DNA of 38,025 bases, from IMG/VR virus record IMGVR_UViG_3300022181_000005, positions 1 to 38,025 of that record; one strand, given 5' to 3'. Under the pieces are notes generated by a model that did no database searches, was not told where the DNA came from, and saw only the letters and a list, made by a program, of their open reading frames with translations. A program made the position numbers and the translations under genes. Positions within the stretch are counted from its first letter, which is position 1. Each line of letters starts with the position of its first letter. Source of the stretch: a virus. Lineage: Duplodnaviria; Caudoviricetes. Of the stretch, positions 7,302-16,256 are shown one piece after another.

Positions 7302-9034
7302 CAGAATACCCCCCGGGTCATGGTGTTGACGGCGACGTTCGCGCCCATGTCGTCCGTCGTCACCGCGGTCCTGCCGTTCTGGTCGACGGTGATGTTCATC
7401 CTGATGTCATTCTTCACCTCAGCCTTGCCGAAGAGGGTGGGCAGGTCGGTATGGATGAGGTCATAGATGTACTCACCGAGAGAATCATTGCGGCCGTATG
7501 TCGTCTGCTGGATGAGCTTGCTTATGAGGTAGTTGATGCCCGTGCCGACGGCGTAGCCGCCTCCCAGGGCGAGGCCCGCCTGTCCGGCGCCCTTCGCGAT
7601 GCCGGCGAGTCTGCCTGCTGATCCGGCCGCCCCGGGAAGGGAGCTCGGTCCCATGGGTATCGCGCCCGTCCCCATTGTCGCCGGCCAGTTCGTCACGAAG
7701 ACCGGGGTGACGCCCGTTGCCGCCTGTACGGCCTTGCCCTCGGCAATGCCCGCCGCTGATCCCCCGAGCCTGCCGAGGAGTTTCTTGGCAGCCGCCCCGC
7801 CGAGACGGTACGTCATGTACCCGCCGAGCGCCGCCGCAGCTCCCCCCGCTATGAGTTCCTTGCCGGAGAAGCCCATCCCTCCCTTCTCCTTGGGGTCGAT
7901 GAGTCTCTGGATACCCTTTGAGAGCGTGTCCTTGATGGGTTTCGCGAAGGCGTCCGCCGCCTCCGTCAGCTTCGCCTTGAGCCGGCCCGTCTGATCGATC
8001 GCGTTGTTGATGGCGTCGGGGAGATCCTTCTCGATGGTGCCTGCCGCCCCGGATATCTTCTTCGAGAACTCGCCGGAGATCTTGCCGAGCATGTCCCCCT
8101 TGAGGAGCATCTGTATGCCCTTTATCGTGTCGAGATCGGCACCCTTCAGGGCCGTGCCCATGAAGAGCGCCCGCTCTTTGTCCGTCGTCAGGGCATCGTA
8201 CTTCTTCTTGAGCTCCGCGAGGATCTCGAGGGGATTGCGCCTCACGCCGCTCGCATCAAAGAACTTGACGCCCGTCGCCTTCTGGGCCTGTTTCATATAG
8301 GTGAGATTCGTGAAGAGCCTCAAGGTCGAGTCCGCCAGGGTGGCGAGGCGTTCCGGCTGCCTCTCGATGAGGGAGAGGCCCTCGATAAAGGCGAGCGTCT
8401 GATCGAAACCCATGCCGGCGCGGGCCGCGTTGGGGCCGACGCGGGCGAAGATGTCCGAGAGGTTCTGGAGCTCCGCATTCCCGACGCGGCCGGCGACGGT
8501 CATCTTGTCGAGGAGGGTGAGCGCCATGTTCGGTTTGGAAAGATCGAACTCGAACGCCGTGGCGGCAACGGTGAGCCCCGCCGTTAGCCTGTCCGCGTTT
8601 GCCCCCGTGACAGCCATGGCCTTGTTGGTCGCCTTGAGGACGGGAAGGGCCTCCTTGAAGTTGAGGCCCGACTGTACGGCGTTGTCAAACCCCTGTTTGA
8701 GATCCTCCGTGGCCTGGCCCGTGTCGGAGGCCATGACGAAAAGCTCTCTCCTGAGGCCCGCCACCTCGCCCTTCGTTGCTCCCGCCGTCTGCCCGATCTG
8801 GGTGAGACCCTTGTCCATCTGGGCGGACTGCTTGACCAGCATGACCGTGCCGATCGACACCCCCAGGGAGGCGAGCTTCCCCTCCACGGAGGTCGCGGCG
8901 CTGCGGATCCTGTCGAACTCCTGTCTGGCAACGTGGCCGAGCTTCCTGAGGCCCTTCTCTCCGCTGCCGAGCGCCGACAGGAGCTTGGAGGAGTTTCCGG
9001 ATAGGATCAGTTCAAGGGTGTTCTTCGTCGTCAT
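7301..9034 (-). CDS. Tail tape measure protein
   Basis: Ala/Gly-rich helical protein with a TMP core and 'GVTPVFVTNWP'; position after the tail chaperone. Confidence 0.9.
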   Translation of the reverse strand: MTTKNTLELILSGNSSKLLSALGSGEKGLRKLGHVARQEFDRIRSAATSVEGKLASLGVSIGTVMLVKQSAQMDKGLTQIGQTAGATKGEVAGLRRELFVMASDTGQATEDLKQGFDNAVQSGLNFKEALPVLKATNKAMAVTGANADRLTAGLTVAATAFEFDLSKPNMALTLLDKMTVAGRVGNAELQNLSDIFARVGPNAARAGMGFDQTLAFIEGLSLIERQPERLATLADSTLRLFTNLTYMKQAQKATGVKFFDASGVRRNPLEILAELKKKYDALTTDKERALFMGTALKGADLDTIKGIQMLLKGDMLGKISGEFSKKISGAAGTIEKDLPDAINNAIDQTGRLKAKLTEAADAFAKPIKDTLSKGIQRLIDPKEKGGMGFSGKELIAGGAAAALGGYMTYRLGGAAAKKLLGRLGGSAAGIAEGKAVQAATGVTPVFVTNWPATMGTGAIPMGPSSLPGAAGSAGRLAGIAKGAGQAGLALGGGYAVGTGINYLISKLIQQTTYGRNDSLGEYIYDLIHTDLPTLFGKAEVKNDIRMNITVDQNGRTAVTTDDMGANVAVNTMTRGVF

Positions 9035-9252
9035 GCCGTCTGTGGTTTCCTTTTCACGATGTACGTCCTTCCCTTCTTCGGGTTGATGAGTCTCTCATGG
9101 GCTTGGAGCCAGGCGGCCGGGTCTCTCGCATACATGGACCGCACGTCGGCGTAGCTGAAGCCGAGCTTCAACATTGCGAGTACCGCCTGCCTGAGGAGGG
9201 TCTGCGCCTCGGCATCGTCAACCTCCTTCCGATTCTCCGTGTTCTCCTTGAA
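9031..9252 (-). CDS. Frameshift extension (T-type segment) of the tail assembly chaperone
   Basis: Open frame FKENTENRKEVDDAEAQTLLRQAVLAMLKLGFSY...KRKPQTA*, +1 relative to the chaperone and entered at TTT-C (9253-9250). Its stop overlaps the TMP ATG (ATGA). Confidence 0.65.
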   Translation of the reverse strand, partial: FKENTENRKEVDDAEAQTLLRQAVLAMLKLGFSYADVRSMYARDPAAWLQAHERLINPKKGRTYIVKRKPQTA

Positions 9253-9544
9253 ACGTCTCGGCCCGTTGCTGGGCCGTCTCCGCTGCCTCCGTCAGCACAT
9301 CGAAGTCTTTCGGGAACATCGTCAGGAGAAGCTCTCCTGTTATCTCCTCCCTGGGGATGTCACCGAGCTTCACAATCTGACAGGCGTACATGCAGATCTC
9401 CCGGTACCGGATGTTCTCCCGGGCCTTCTCCTCCTCCAGGGCGTCCAGCATGTGGGCGACCCGGCGGGGCTCGATCTCCAGCTCACGGTGGACCTTGCCC
9501 TCGTGCTCAATGCCGATGGGGAGTGTGCGCTTTTCCTTTATCAT
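9218..9544 (-). CDS. Tail assembly chaperone (Mu gp41-like)
   Basis: Lies between tube and TMP. 'TLPIGIE..G..HRE.E', 'KLGDIP', 'DF..L' motifs. Confidence 0.8.
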   Translation of the reverse strand: MIKEKRTLPIGIEHEGKVHRELEIEPRRVAHMLDALEEEKARENIRYREICMYACQIVKLGDIPREEITGELLLTMFPKDFDVLTEAAETAQQRAETFQGEHGESEGG

Positions 9545-9900
9545 GTCTCATTCCTCTCCGTGGCGCCGAGCTCGATGCTCTGGCTCGCCTCCTTCTCACC
9601 GTAGGATATCTCCCCGATCTTCGTAGTGAAGACCCCGCCGTAAGTGATGCGCTTGCCGTTGCCCCTGTCGATGGTGAGCGTGCCGTTCTCCACCTCGTTG
9701 AAGTTGAAGGGCGTTTGAGTCTTGGGGATCACGTACTCCACCTTGACGCCGTAGCGGGGGGTCGTCTTCGTGAAGCCCGTCTTGTTCATGAGATTGACGG
9801 GCCGGCGCACCTCGTACTCGTTCTCCGACACCTTGTTGAAATCGGTGATCTCGGCGCCGTTCACTTCCAGTGTTACCAATTCGACATATTCATCTGCCAT
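9541..9900 (-). CDS. Tail tube protein
   Basis: 119-aa beta-rich protein immediately after the sheath; strong SD. Confidence 0.8.
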   Translation of the reverse strand: MADEYVELVTLEVNGAEITDFNKVSENEYEVRRPVNLMNKTGFTKTTPRYGVKVEYVIPKTQTPFNFNEVENGTLTIDRGNGKRITYGGVFTTKIGEISYGEKEASQSIELGATERNET

Positions 9901-9918
9901 GATTGTCCTCCTCTTCTC

Positions 9919-11358
9919 TTACAGCAGCAGGTCGATCCTGCCGGCAAACACGTGGAGCCCGTTGACAACGTCCGCGGGGATCCTGGCGTCGAGGCGGTTC
10001 GCGTCCTGCAGGTCCCTCTCGACGATGAGCCCGTCCTTGTTCGCCTCCACCTCCTCGACGATCTCGAGCTCCTGGAGCTTGAGGAGCACGTCGAGGATCT
10101 CGGCGCGGACCCTGGGCGGCGTCTTCGAGGAGAGCTTCTCCCGCGGGAAGCGCAAGCTTATCCTCTCCCTCACCGCCTTGCGGACATAATCGAGCGTGCG
10201 GATCGTCGTGATGTCGAGGAGCGATACGTCATCGATCCCCTGGGCGTCCTTCAGGTAGGTGCTGATGGCCCTCACGATCTGCACCGTCTCTCCCGGGCCC
10301 ACCTCGATGGGTGAGACGCCGTTGTAGAGGAGCGTCTCCTGCTCGGTCCTCGAGAAGCGGTCGGCGATGTTGCCGGCCGCGATGCCTGTGAGCGCAAGGG
10401 TGTTGAGAGGCCGCGCGGGATCCTCTTCCCAGGCCATGACCGCGCCGAAGGCGGCTGCTATCTCGTAAGGCATGCTCTGTATGAGGGTAGCCGCCGTGTA
10501 GCGGTGGTAGGCGCAGAGGACCCTCCCCGAGTTGACCTGGCCGGAGAGCGTCGTCACGGTCCCCAGGGCCGCCGTCATGCCGTAGACCCCGACGCCGGGG
10601 CGCTGCTCCATGGGACCGCTTACTGAATCGAGATGCGTCTTCAGGGTAGCCAGGTCCGTCTGGTTGTTGTAGGGCGTGACGATGATATCGTACTTCTCCC
10701 CGAAAACCACGGCCAGGGCGTCGGCCAGCGTCGGATTGGCGGCGCCGCTTGCCATGGCGCCTATGGTGACGGTCAGCCCCGTTACGTTTGTAAGGACATA
10801 GCTCACCTTGATGTCGTTGCCGCAGAGGCCCTCGTTCCTGGCTGTGAGCGTAACTACGGCCTCCGCAACGCTTGCGGTGACGGGCAGGTCCGGGTGCTTG
10901 TCGAGCTCCGCCTTGAGCGCAGCCGCCACTGCTGCGGCAGCCGTTGTGGCGGCGATCGCTATCTCGACCTTCTTCGTTCCCACGTAGAGGGTCAGGACGC
11001 CACTGCCCGACGCGGCGTCGCCGAACGTCACGGTTCCCACCGCGGGCTGTCCGGCGCTCGCGTCATCGAGGGCGATGACGGTGAGGTCCAGGTAGGGATT
11101 TGCCGTGATGGCCGCCCGGGTCATGAGGTGGCACATCGATCCCGCACCGAAGTAGACCTCAGCCTCCTTGTCGGAGAAGACGCGGGTCGGGACCTTCTCC
11201 GCTACCGTGCCCGCAGAGGTCCTCTGCCCGACGATGAGCATGCGCTGCTTGTTGTTGGGCAGCGTCCTCACGGCGAGCCTGGTGTTGAATTCAAAGTACT
11301 TTCCCGGCTTGCGGATCGATGAGGGTATGTTGTCGAAGGATATGTTCTCACTTGCCAT
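9919..11358 (-). CDS. Tail sheath protein (Mu gpL-like)
   Basis: 'ISFDNIPSSIRKPGKYFEFN', 'DPARPLNTL', 'TTIRTLDYVRK', 'DVVNGLHVFA' motifs. Confidence 0.95.
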   Translation of the reverse strand: MASENISFDNIPSSIRKPGKYFEFNTRLAVRTLPNNKQRMLIVGQRTSAGTVAEKVPTRVFSDKEAEVYFGAGSMCHLMTRAAITANPYLDLTVIALDDASAGQPAVGTVTFGDAASGSGVLTLYVGTKKVEIAIAATTAAAAVAAALKAELDKHPDLPVTASVAEAVVTLTARNEGLCGNDIKVSYVLTNVTGLTVTIGAMASGAANPTLADALAVVFGEKYDIIVTPYNNQTDLATLKTHLDSVSGPMEQRPGVGVYGMTAALGTVTTLSGQVNSGRVLCAYHRYTAATLIQSMPYEIAAAFGAVMAWEEDPARPLNTLALTGIAAGNIADRFSRTEQETLLYNGVSPIEVGPGETVQIVRAISTYLKDAQGIDDVSLLDITTIRTLDYVRKAVRERISLRFPREKLSSKTPPRVRAEILDVLLKLQELEIVEEVEANKDGLIVERDLQDANRLDARIPADVVNGLHVFAGRIDLLL

Positions 11359-11539
11359 CGGTTCTTACCTCCTTTTTATTTCCAGGGGTGGTCTTGACGA
11401 GGGACCCGTCGGCGATGAGCCTCCGGTAGTATGCGGTGTCGGGTACCTCCACGGCCGCGGTATCGGTGATATATTCCCGCGGCCGGCCTTCCATGGGGCA
11501 GCGCGTCCCGGGCGCTGCGGTCACTTTCAAAACAGCCAT
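11348..11539 (-). CDS. DUF2635 / Mu gp38-like small protein
   Basis: ATG at 11539 with AGGAGG. 'V.AAPG...P.E....YI.....VEVP..AYYRR.IADG.L' motif. Confidence 0.8.
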   Translation of the reverse strand: MAVLKVTAAPGTRCPMEGRPREYITDTAAVEVPDTAYYRRLIADGSLVKTTPGNKKEVRTDGK

Positions 11540-11552
11540 GATAGCCTCCTTT

Positions 11553-12074
11553 TTATGTCTCGCTTCCAAATTCCACGACGTCCTCTGCGTCGGCGACGTC
11601 ATCACCGGGCTTGAGATAATACTTGAAACCCATCGTGAGGAGATCCTCCGCGGTCGCGGCATCGTCATCGATCCTGTCGATGAAGAATCCCGTCTGGAAC
11701 TCCACGGCGAAGACGATCTTCCCCTCGTCCTCCTCTTCCTCGAGGGTGATGTTCGTGATCTCCTTCGGGGTGAGGGGATCGATGGAGAGGTCCAGGGTCT
11801 GCAGCACGAGGGCGGACACCACGGTCTCGAGGACAGGGTACATCCCCGCGCGCCGCTCCTTCACGGACCGCATGTTCTTAAACGTCACCACGACGAAGAT
11901 CGAGGGGCGGAGCTTGTACCTCTGTCCGACCTTCGTGAACGGCCCGCCCGCGGCGTACACCTCGATCGCCGGCAGGGCGAGGGCGCCGTGCTTCTCCTCG
12001 ATCTCGACGTTCTTCGGATCGGGGACCTTCAGCGTGAGCCTGGCGGCAATGGCCTCTTCGATCTCGGCGAGCAT
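11553..12074 (-). CDS. Mu gp37 (DUF1834)-like tail completion/terminator protein
   Basis: 'LAEIEEAIAARL' start, 'G.YP' motif; position after gp36. Confidence 0.75.
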   Translation of the reverse strand: MLAEIEEAIAARLTLKVPDPKNVEIEEKHGALALPAIEVYAAGGPFTKVGQRYKLRPSIFVVVTFKNMRSVKERRAGMYPVLETVVSALVLQTLDLSIDPLTPKEITNITLEEEEDEGKIVFAVEFQTGFFIDRIDDDAATAEDLLTMGFKYYLKPGDDVADAEDVVEFGSET

Positions 12075-12075
12075 G

Positions 12076-12537
12076 TCAGAACCCCTTCAGCGAATCGCGG
12101 GTGAAGACGCGGTCGCTCACGGTCTTGTTCACCTCTGCGCTATCGGCGGCCGCCGATGGGGCCGGCTCGGGTTCGACGCCCAGGGAGAGGAGCCCCCTCG
12201 CGATGTCCTTCAGCCTGGCGACGGCCCTGTCGTAGCGCTTCTCTATCTTCTCCGGGATGCTCCGCCTGCCGTGGAGGTAGTAGATGGCGAGCTCTACGGA
12301 AAGATTGTTCACGACGGCCGGGACCGGAGAGAGAGGGACCGAGTACTTCACCGCGCAGTACCCGTCGATTTCCGCGTCGGCCTTACCGATGGCCTCGTCG
12401 ATGCGGGCGATGATCGCGGTGTGGTCCGGGTTCCCGGGATCGATGGCTGTGGGTTTCAGGTTCTCGTCATCGGTGAGCTGAATGACCGCCGCCTCTTCCA
12501 GCGCCTTCGTGATATCGTCGAGCGTGCAGTATGCCAT
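12076..12537 (-). CDS. Mu gp36 (DUF1320)-like head-tail adaptor
   Basis: 'MAYCTLDD', 'ADAEIDGY...Y.VPL', 'RYD.A...L.DIA.G...LG' motifs. Confidence 0.9.
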   Translation of the reverse strand: MAYCTLDDITKALEEAAVIQLTDDENLKPTAIDPGNPDHTAIIARIDEAIGKADAEIDGYCAVKYSVPLSPVPAVVNNLSVELAIYYLHGRRSIPEKIEKRYDRAVARLKDIARGLLSLGVEPEPAPSAAADSAEVNKTVSDRVFTRDSLKGF

Positions 12538-12588
12538 GGTCTGTATAGGAGGAGGGACCGGCCCTCCTCCTTGCCTCCTTGTCCTTTG

Positions 12589-12813
12589 CTACTTCTCTTT
12601 CTCTTTATCCTTCTTGCCTGACTGATCCTTGCCCTGGGCCTTTTCCTTCTCCGGATCCTTCTTCTCTTCCGGGAGGATCTCGACGATGAGCATGGGCTCG
12701 TTCTGAAGGGCTTTCAGGGTCTTCTCGTTGACCTCATACTCCTCGGGGGATGACGAGAAGACCATCCCCGCCCTGCGGAACCTGTCCGGTATCGACTTGC
12801 ATTTGATCTTCAT
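12589..12813 (-). CDS. HI1506-like small protein downstream of the capsid gene
   Basis: ATG at 12813 with AAGGAGG. 'FRRAG..F...........L..EPML.VE' motif. Confidence 0.75.
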   Translation of the reverse strand: MKIKCKSIPDRFRRAGMVFSSSPEEYEVNEKTLKALQNEPMLIVEILPEEKKDPEKEKAQGKDQSGKKDKEKEK

Positions 12814-12826
12814 CGGTTCCTCCTTC

Positions 12827-13705
12827 TTAAGCCAGCCAGGGCACGACAACGAGCTCGGCGGTGTGGTACCAGACGTTCGAAGAGCCGTTGGCGTTCTTCT
12901 CGGCCTCGAGGACGGTCCTGCCCGCGGATTCCAGGGTGGGCGGGACAACGAGGTGGGTGGGCATGATGCCGAGGGGCGCGCCCTCGTCGTTAGTGAAGGA
13001 CATCATTGCCGCCCGGGCCGCGGCGTATGCCGTGGCATCGAGGGTCTGCTTGCTGCCGTAGGCGAGCTGCCAGAGCCCGAAGCCGACGTTCTTCCGGTCG
13101 TCGACACCGTAGCGGTATTTCTTGCGCATGAACGCGTTCTCGTCGTCGGGCTTGTCCATGGCCACGAACTCCGGCGCCTTGCGCATCTGGAGGATGATGG
13201 GCTTGATGGGGCGGGAGAGGTCCGCAAGGTACCAGCCCGTTCCCGAGCCGCCGCCTGTGTTGGAGACGGATGCGCCCGCGACCTCGTGATCGGTGTCGAA
13301 GAAGTACTGCCCGTCAAAGCATTTTGTGCTGAACCCGGCTTTGAGGAGGGCAAAGGCGAGGATGTCGGGGTGGATCTTCGCGGCCTGGGCGAGCCCCTGG
13401 ATCATGGGTATGTAGACGCCGACCTGATCGTCCATGATGTCGTCACGGTCGACCTCGATCGTGGACTCGTAGGATTTGTTCAGCAGCTCGTAATGGAAGC
13501 CGGAGAGGTCCTTTATCACCCGGTCCCCGAGCCACTCGCGCATGTTCGGAAAGGTCCCGAGCCACTTGTAGTCGACGCTCCTGCCCGTCGAGGGCACCCG
13601 CATGGCCACGAGGTCGACCTGGCTCTTCGCGATCTCCAGCGCCTGGTTGAAGATGGTGCTGAAGGTCTTGTAGATCCCGGTAAGTGCTGCCTGGTTGATA
13701 ATCAT
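12827..13705 (-). CDS. Major capsid protein (Mu gpT-like)
   Basis: 'Y.WLG.FP.MREW.GDR', 'CFDGQYFFDTDH', 'YGVDDR.N.GFG.WQLAYGS' motifs. Confidence 0.95.
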   Translation of the reverse strand: MIINQAALTGIYKTFSTIFNQALEIAKSQVDLVAMRVPSTGRSVDYKWLGTFPNMREWLGDRVIKDLSGFHYELLNKSYESTIEVDRDDIMDDQVGVYIPMIQGLAQAAKIHPDILAFALLKAGFSTKCFDGQYFFDTDHEVAGASVSNTGGGSGTGWYLADLSRPIKPIILQMRKAPEFVAMDKPDDENAFMRKKYRYGVDDRKNVGFGLWQLAYGSKQTLDATAYAAARAAMMSFTNDEGAPLGIMPTHLVVPPTLESAGRTVLEAEKNANGSSNVWYHTAELVVVPWLA

Positions 13706-13730
13706 TGCATGCCTCCTTCTTTAGGCTCTG

Positions 13731-14624
13731 TTATTCGCCGTCATCGATGTACATGACGAGCGTGATGTCGCAGTTCGCTCCCGCGCCCGACGCCGTCTCG
13801 TTCGCCTTGATGACGAAGTCCGTGTCCTTGGCGATGGCTATGGAGAGGCTCTCCGCCTCACCCTGCGTGTCCGTTCCCGCGATGGAGAGGAGGGCCGCGT
13901 CGTTGAGCTTGAGCGCGAGGGTCTTCTCGGATCCCGGGGCCGTGCCGAGGTTCGCGTATGCCCGCTTCACGATAACCGGGTTCGGTGATTCGATCGCCGG
14001 CAGGGCGATGGTCTTGTCGGTACCGTCCTTCGTCCATCCCGTGAATCTCGGGAGCGTCAGGAAGAAGGGCCCCTTGCCGAGCTTCTGGAGCTGCTGCTCG
14101 ACGGTGGCCTCAGCGGCTGCGAAGTGGTCCCCCGCGTCTGCTGTGGAGATGGCGGAAGCCGCATGGGCTCCCGACGGGTCTGCAATGTGCGACGCCACGT
14201 CCGCCTGGAGGATCGCCGGGAGGATGTCGACGAATGCGTGCGTCGTGTCGACGAACTGGGCGATGATGCCGCAGAAAATATCGTATGTCACGTTCCCCGC
14301 GAGATCCACCAGCTGGTCGTCGACGAGGAAGACGTTGTCACCGACGTTCGCCTGGCTGATCTCCGTTGCGAATTCCATGAGGAAGAGCCCGCGCCGGCGC
14401 ACGACTGCGGACTCGTCTCCGTCCTGGCCCAGGCTGTTGTTGATGGAGCTCCGGGAGACGCCGGCATAGACGAGCCCGGTAGCGTCCTCTCCGGGGACGA
14501 GAAACCCGGCCGCGTTGTAACACACGTTCGCGCCGGCGAAGATCGTGCTGCCTCCGTCGACCGGCACCGGGACCTCGACGCCCTCGGTGTATTGCATCTT
14601 TTTGTCTGCAGTTAATGCGGTCAT
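13731..14624 (-). CDS. Head decoration/cement-like protein with C-terminal extension
   Basis: Lies between protease and capsid. The N-terminal ~130 aa ('MTALTAD...I..G..V.....GF..PG...NN..G.DG...V.RRG.F') resemble the Mu-like decoration protein. Confidence 0.65.
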   Translation of the reverse strand: MTALTADKKMQYTEGVEVPVPVDGGSTIFAGANVCYNAAGFLVPGEDATGLVYAGVSRSSINNSLGQDGDESAVVRRRGLFLMEFATEISQANVGDNVFLVDDQLVDLAGNVTYDIFCGIIAQFVDTTHAFVDILPAILQADVASHIADPSGAHAASAISTADAGDHFAAAEATVEQQLQKLGKGPFFLTLPRFTGWTKDGTDKTIALPAIESPNPVIVKRAYANLGTAPGSEKTLALKLNDAALLSIAGTDTQGEAESLSIAIAKDTDFVIKANETASGAGANCDITLVMYIDDGE

Positions 14625-14634
14625 GTTTTACCCC

Positions 14635-15636
14635 CTACTTGTTGTATTTCTTGAACGTCTCGTCATCGACGCCGCACATCTTGTTGATCTGGGCCTGCAC
14701 GTCGTCGATGCCCGTACCGGGCTCCTTCTGGTCGGTGACCACCTTGCCCTCGATGACGACGACCGGGGCCTTCGATACGAAGACCCGGAACCCTTCCAGG
14801 TCACGCTTCGCGTAATCCAGTGCCCACTCCTTCTGTGCCGGCGTGATCTTGCCCTCCTTCATGGCCATCTCGACGGCGCCGTCGGCATCCCTTTGTGTCA
14901 AACCTGCCTTGAGGGTGTTGAGTTCCTTCACGACATCGTCGATCTTGGTATGGGACTGCTTCATCGCCTCGATCGTGCCGATGATCTCCGACTCTGTCGC
15001 GGTGGCCCCAAGCCCCAGGGCATCGAGGACCCCCTTGCTGGCGACAACTACTACCGTCTTCGCCCCAAGGTCGGTCTTGAGCTTATTCACCACCGCGATC
15101 GCCGCCTCTTCCTTTGCGTCCTCGGACAGGCCGAGGAGTTTCCACAGTTCTTTCATGGCTGCCTCCTTTGTATTTGTGTCCCCCTCGAAGCCGAGCTTGT
15201 TGGCGAGGGGAACCATGCCGTCTATGTTCGGCTGGTTCGTGAGCGCCACGTTGATGAGCCGGATCACCCTGTTGTCGGAGATCCTCTTCAAGAAGACGGG
15301 CGAGACGTACCGGTATTCCCTGTTGGCGATATACTGCTTCGCCCTGTCCGTCCACTCGATGACGGCCCATATGCCTTCGGCGCCCCTGTTGACGAGCTTC
15401 TTTATCCACCCCGCGGCCGGGGCCTCGACGGGTGGGTCCGCGATCGTCTGGTGCTCGTAGTCGATGACCATGTCGTTCGTCTGTGCCTCGAAGGCCTCGA
15501 CAATCACCCGGGCCCCCTCGTCGTCGAGCGTAAAGGGTCCCTTGGGCGTGTCATGATGGCCGTAGGGGATCACCTGGATCTCGGCGGGCACCTTGCCCTC
15601 GACGTCCTTGCAGATCAGAACCAGCGCGTTCTTCAT
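14635..15636 (-). CDS. Head maturation protease / scaffold (Mu gpI/Z-like)
   Basis: Start ATG at 15636 overlaps the gpG stop. 'VIDYEHQT', 'APAAGWI', 'EYRYVSPVF', 'ALTNQP' motifs. Internal AAGGAGG-ATG at 15156. Confidence 0.92.
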   Translation of the reverse strand: MKNALVLICKDVEGKVPAEIQVIPYGHHDTPKGPFTLDDEGARVIVEAFEAQTNDMVIDYEHQTIADPPVEAPAAGWIKKLVNRGAEGIWAVIEWTDRAKQYIANREYRYVSPVFLKRISDNRVIRLINVALTNQPNIDGMVPLANKLGFEGDTNTKEAAMKELWKLLGLSEDAKEEAAIAVVNKLKTDLGAKTVVVVASKGVLDALGLGATATESEIIGTIEAMKQSHTKIDDVVKELNTLKAGLTQRDADGAVEMAMKEGKITPAQKEWALDYAKRDLEGFRVFVSKAPVVVIEGKVVTDQKEPGTGIDDVQAQINKMCGVDDETFKKYNK

Positions 15637-16151
15637 TCCTGTGCTCCTTTCATAAGGAATCCCCTGAGACATTGTCCGATCGATGGCCAGTCTTGGTCCT
15701 GGACCATGAGGTATGGCCTTGCAGGGATTCTCACTTTCTTGTTCCTGCCCGCCATGCCGCCGAGCTGGTGAATGCGGGCATAGATAAGATTCGTGCCGAC
15801 GATCACCCGGTCGGCCTCTGCCCGGACCGTGACGGAATTCTGGAGCCTTGCCCTGTCGATGAGGGTTTTCTTCCCGGACGTGTATCGGGTGAAGCCCTTC
15901 GTAAAGCCCCCCTTCAGGGTATAGGCCTTGCGCTTTCTCCTCCCCTTGCCCAGGTAGGCCATGTATATGGACCTCACCTTCGTCGGCTCCCATTTATCCG
16001 GCCGGCCGCCTTCCTGGAAATTCTTCACCACCGAAGAACGGATGATCTCACCAATCACACGGAAGGCGGGTGTGAGATTTGCCGCGTTCTTCTTGAGCCT
16101 GACGAGGAGGTGCCTGACTTCCCTGTCCTTGATCTCGACATCTATACGCAC
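15633..16151 (-). CDS. Virion morphogenesis protein (Mu gpG-like)
   Basis: 'F...GRP.KW', 'VGTN..YA.IHQ.GG.AGR....IPARPYL' motifs. Confidence 0.92.
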   Translation of the reverse strand: MRIDVEIKDREVRHLLVRLKKNAANLTPAFRVIGEIIRSSVVKNFQEGGRPDKWEPTKVRSIYMAYLGKGRRKRKAYTLKGGFTKGFTRYTSGKKTLIDRARLQNSVTVRAEADRVIVGTNLIYARIHQLGGMAGRNKKVRIPARPYLMVQDQDWPSIGQCLRGFLMKGAQE

Positions 16152-16179
16152 TTGACTTCTCCTCGCGCCGTGATAGACT
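16152..16179 (+). promoter_or_regulatory. Putative sigma70 promoter convergent on muF
   Basis: TTGACT (16152-16157), N16, TAGACT (16174-16179) with an extended TGn. Confidence 0.6.
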
Positions 16180-16185
16180 TTACGT

Positions 16186-16256
16186 GTCGATGCCGTGGGC
16201 CGTGCCCCGATACGGCAAAGACCGGCAGACTCTGCACGGAGGGTGCCTGACCCAAT
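16186..16256 (+). ncRNA. Putative small structured RNA downstream of and antisense to muF
   Basis: Hairpin 1 at 16186-16222 (TGCCGTG/TACGGCA core) and hairpin 2 at 16224-16247 (GGCA..CTCT-GCAC-GGAG..TGCC). G-U pairs favour the + strand. Starts right at the predicted TSS. Confidence 0.45.

Noticed and set aside
15637-15993. ORF-track N-terminal extensions (protease from 15993; likewise 4734, 1590, 11668, 12948, 22534, 24686, 24994, 32590, 34199)
   Set aside because: They overlap upstream genes. Downstream ATGs with an SD or stop-start coupling fit the families better.
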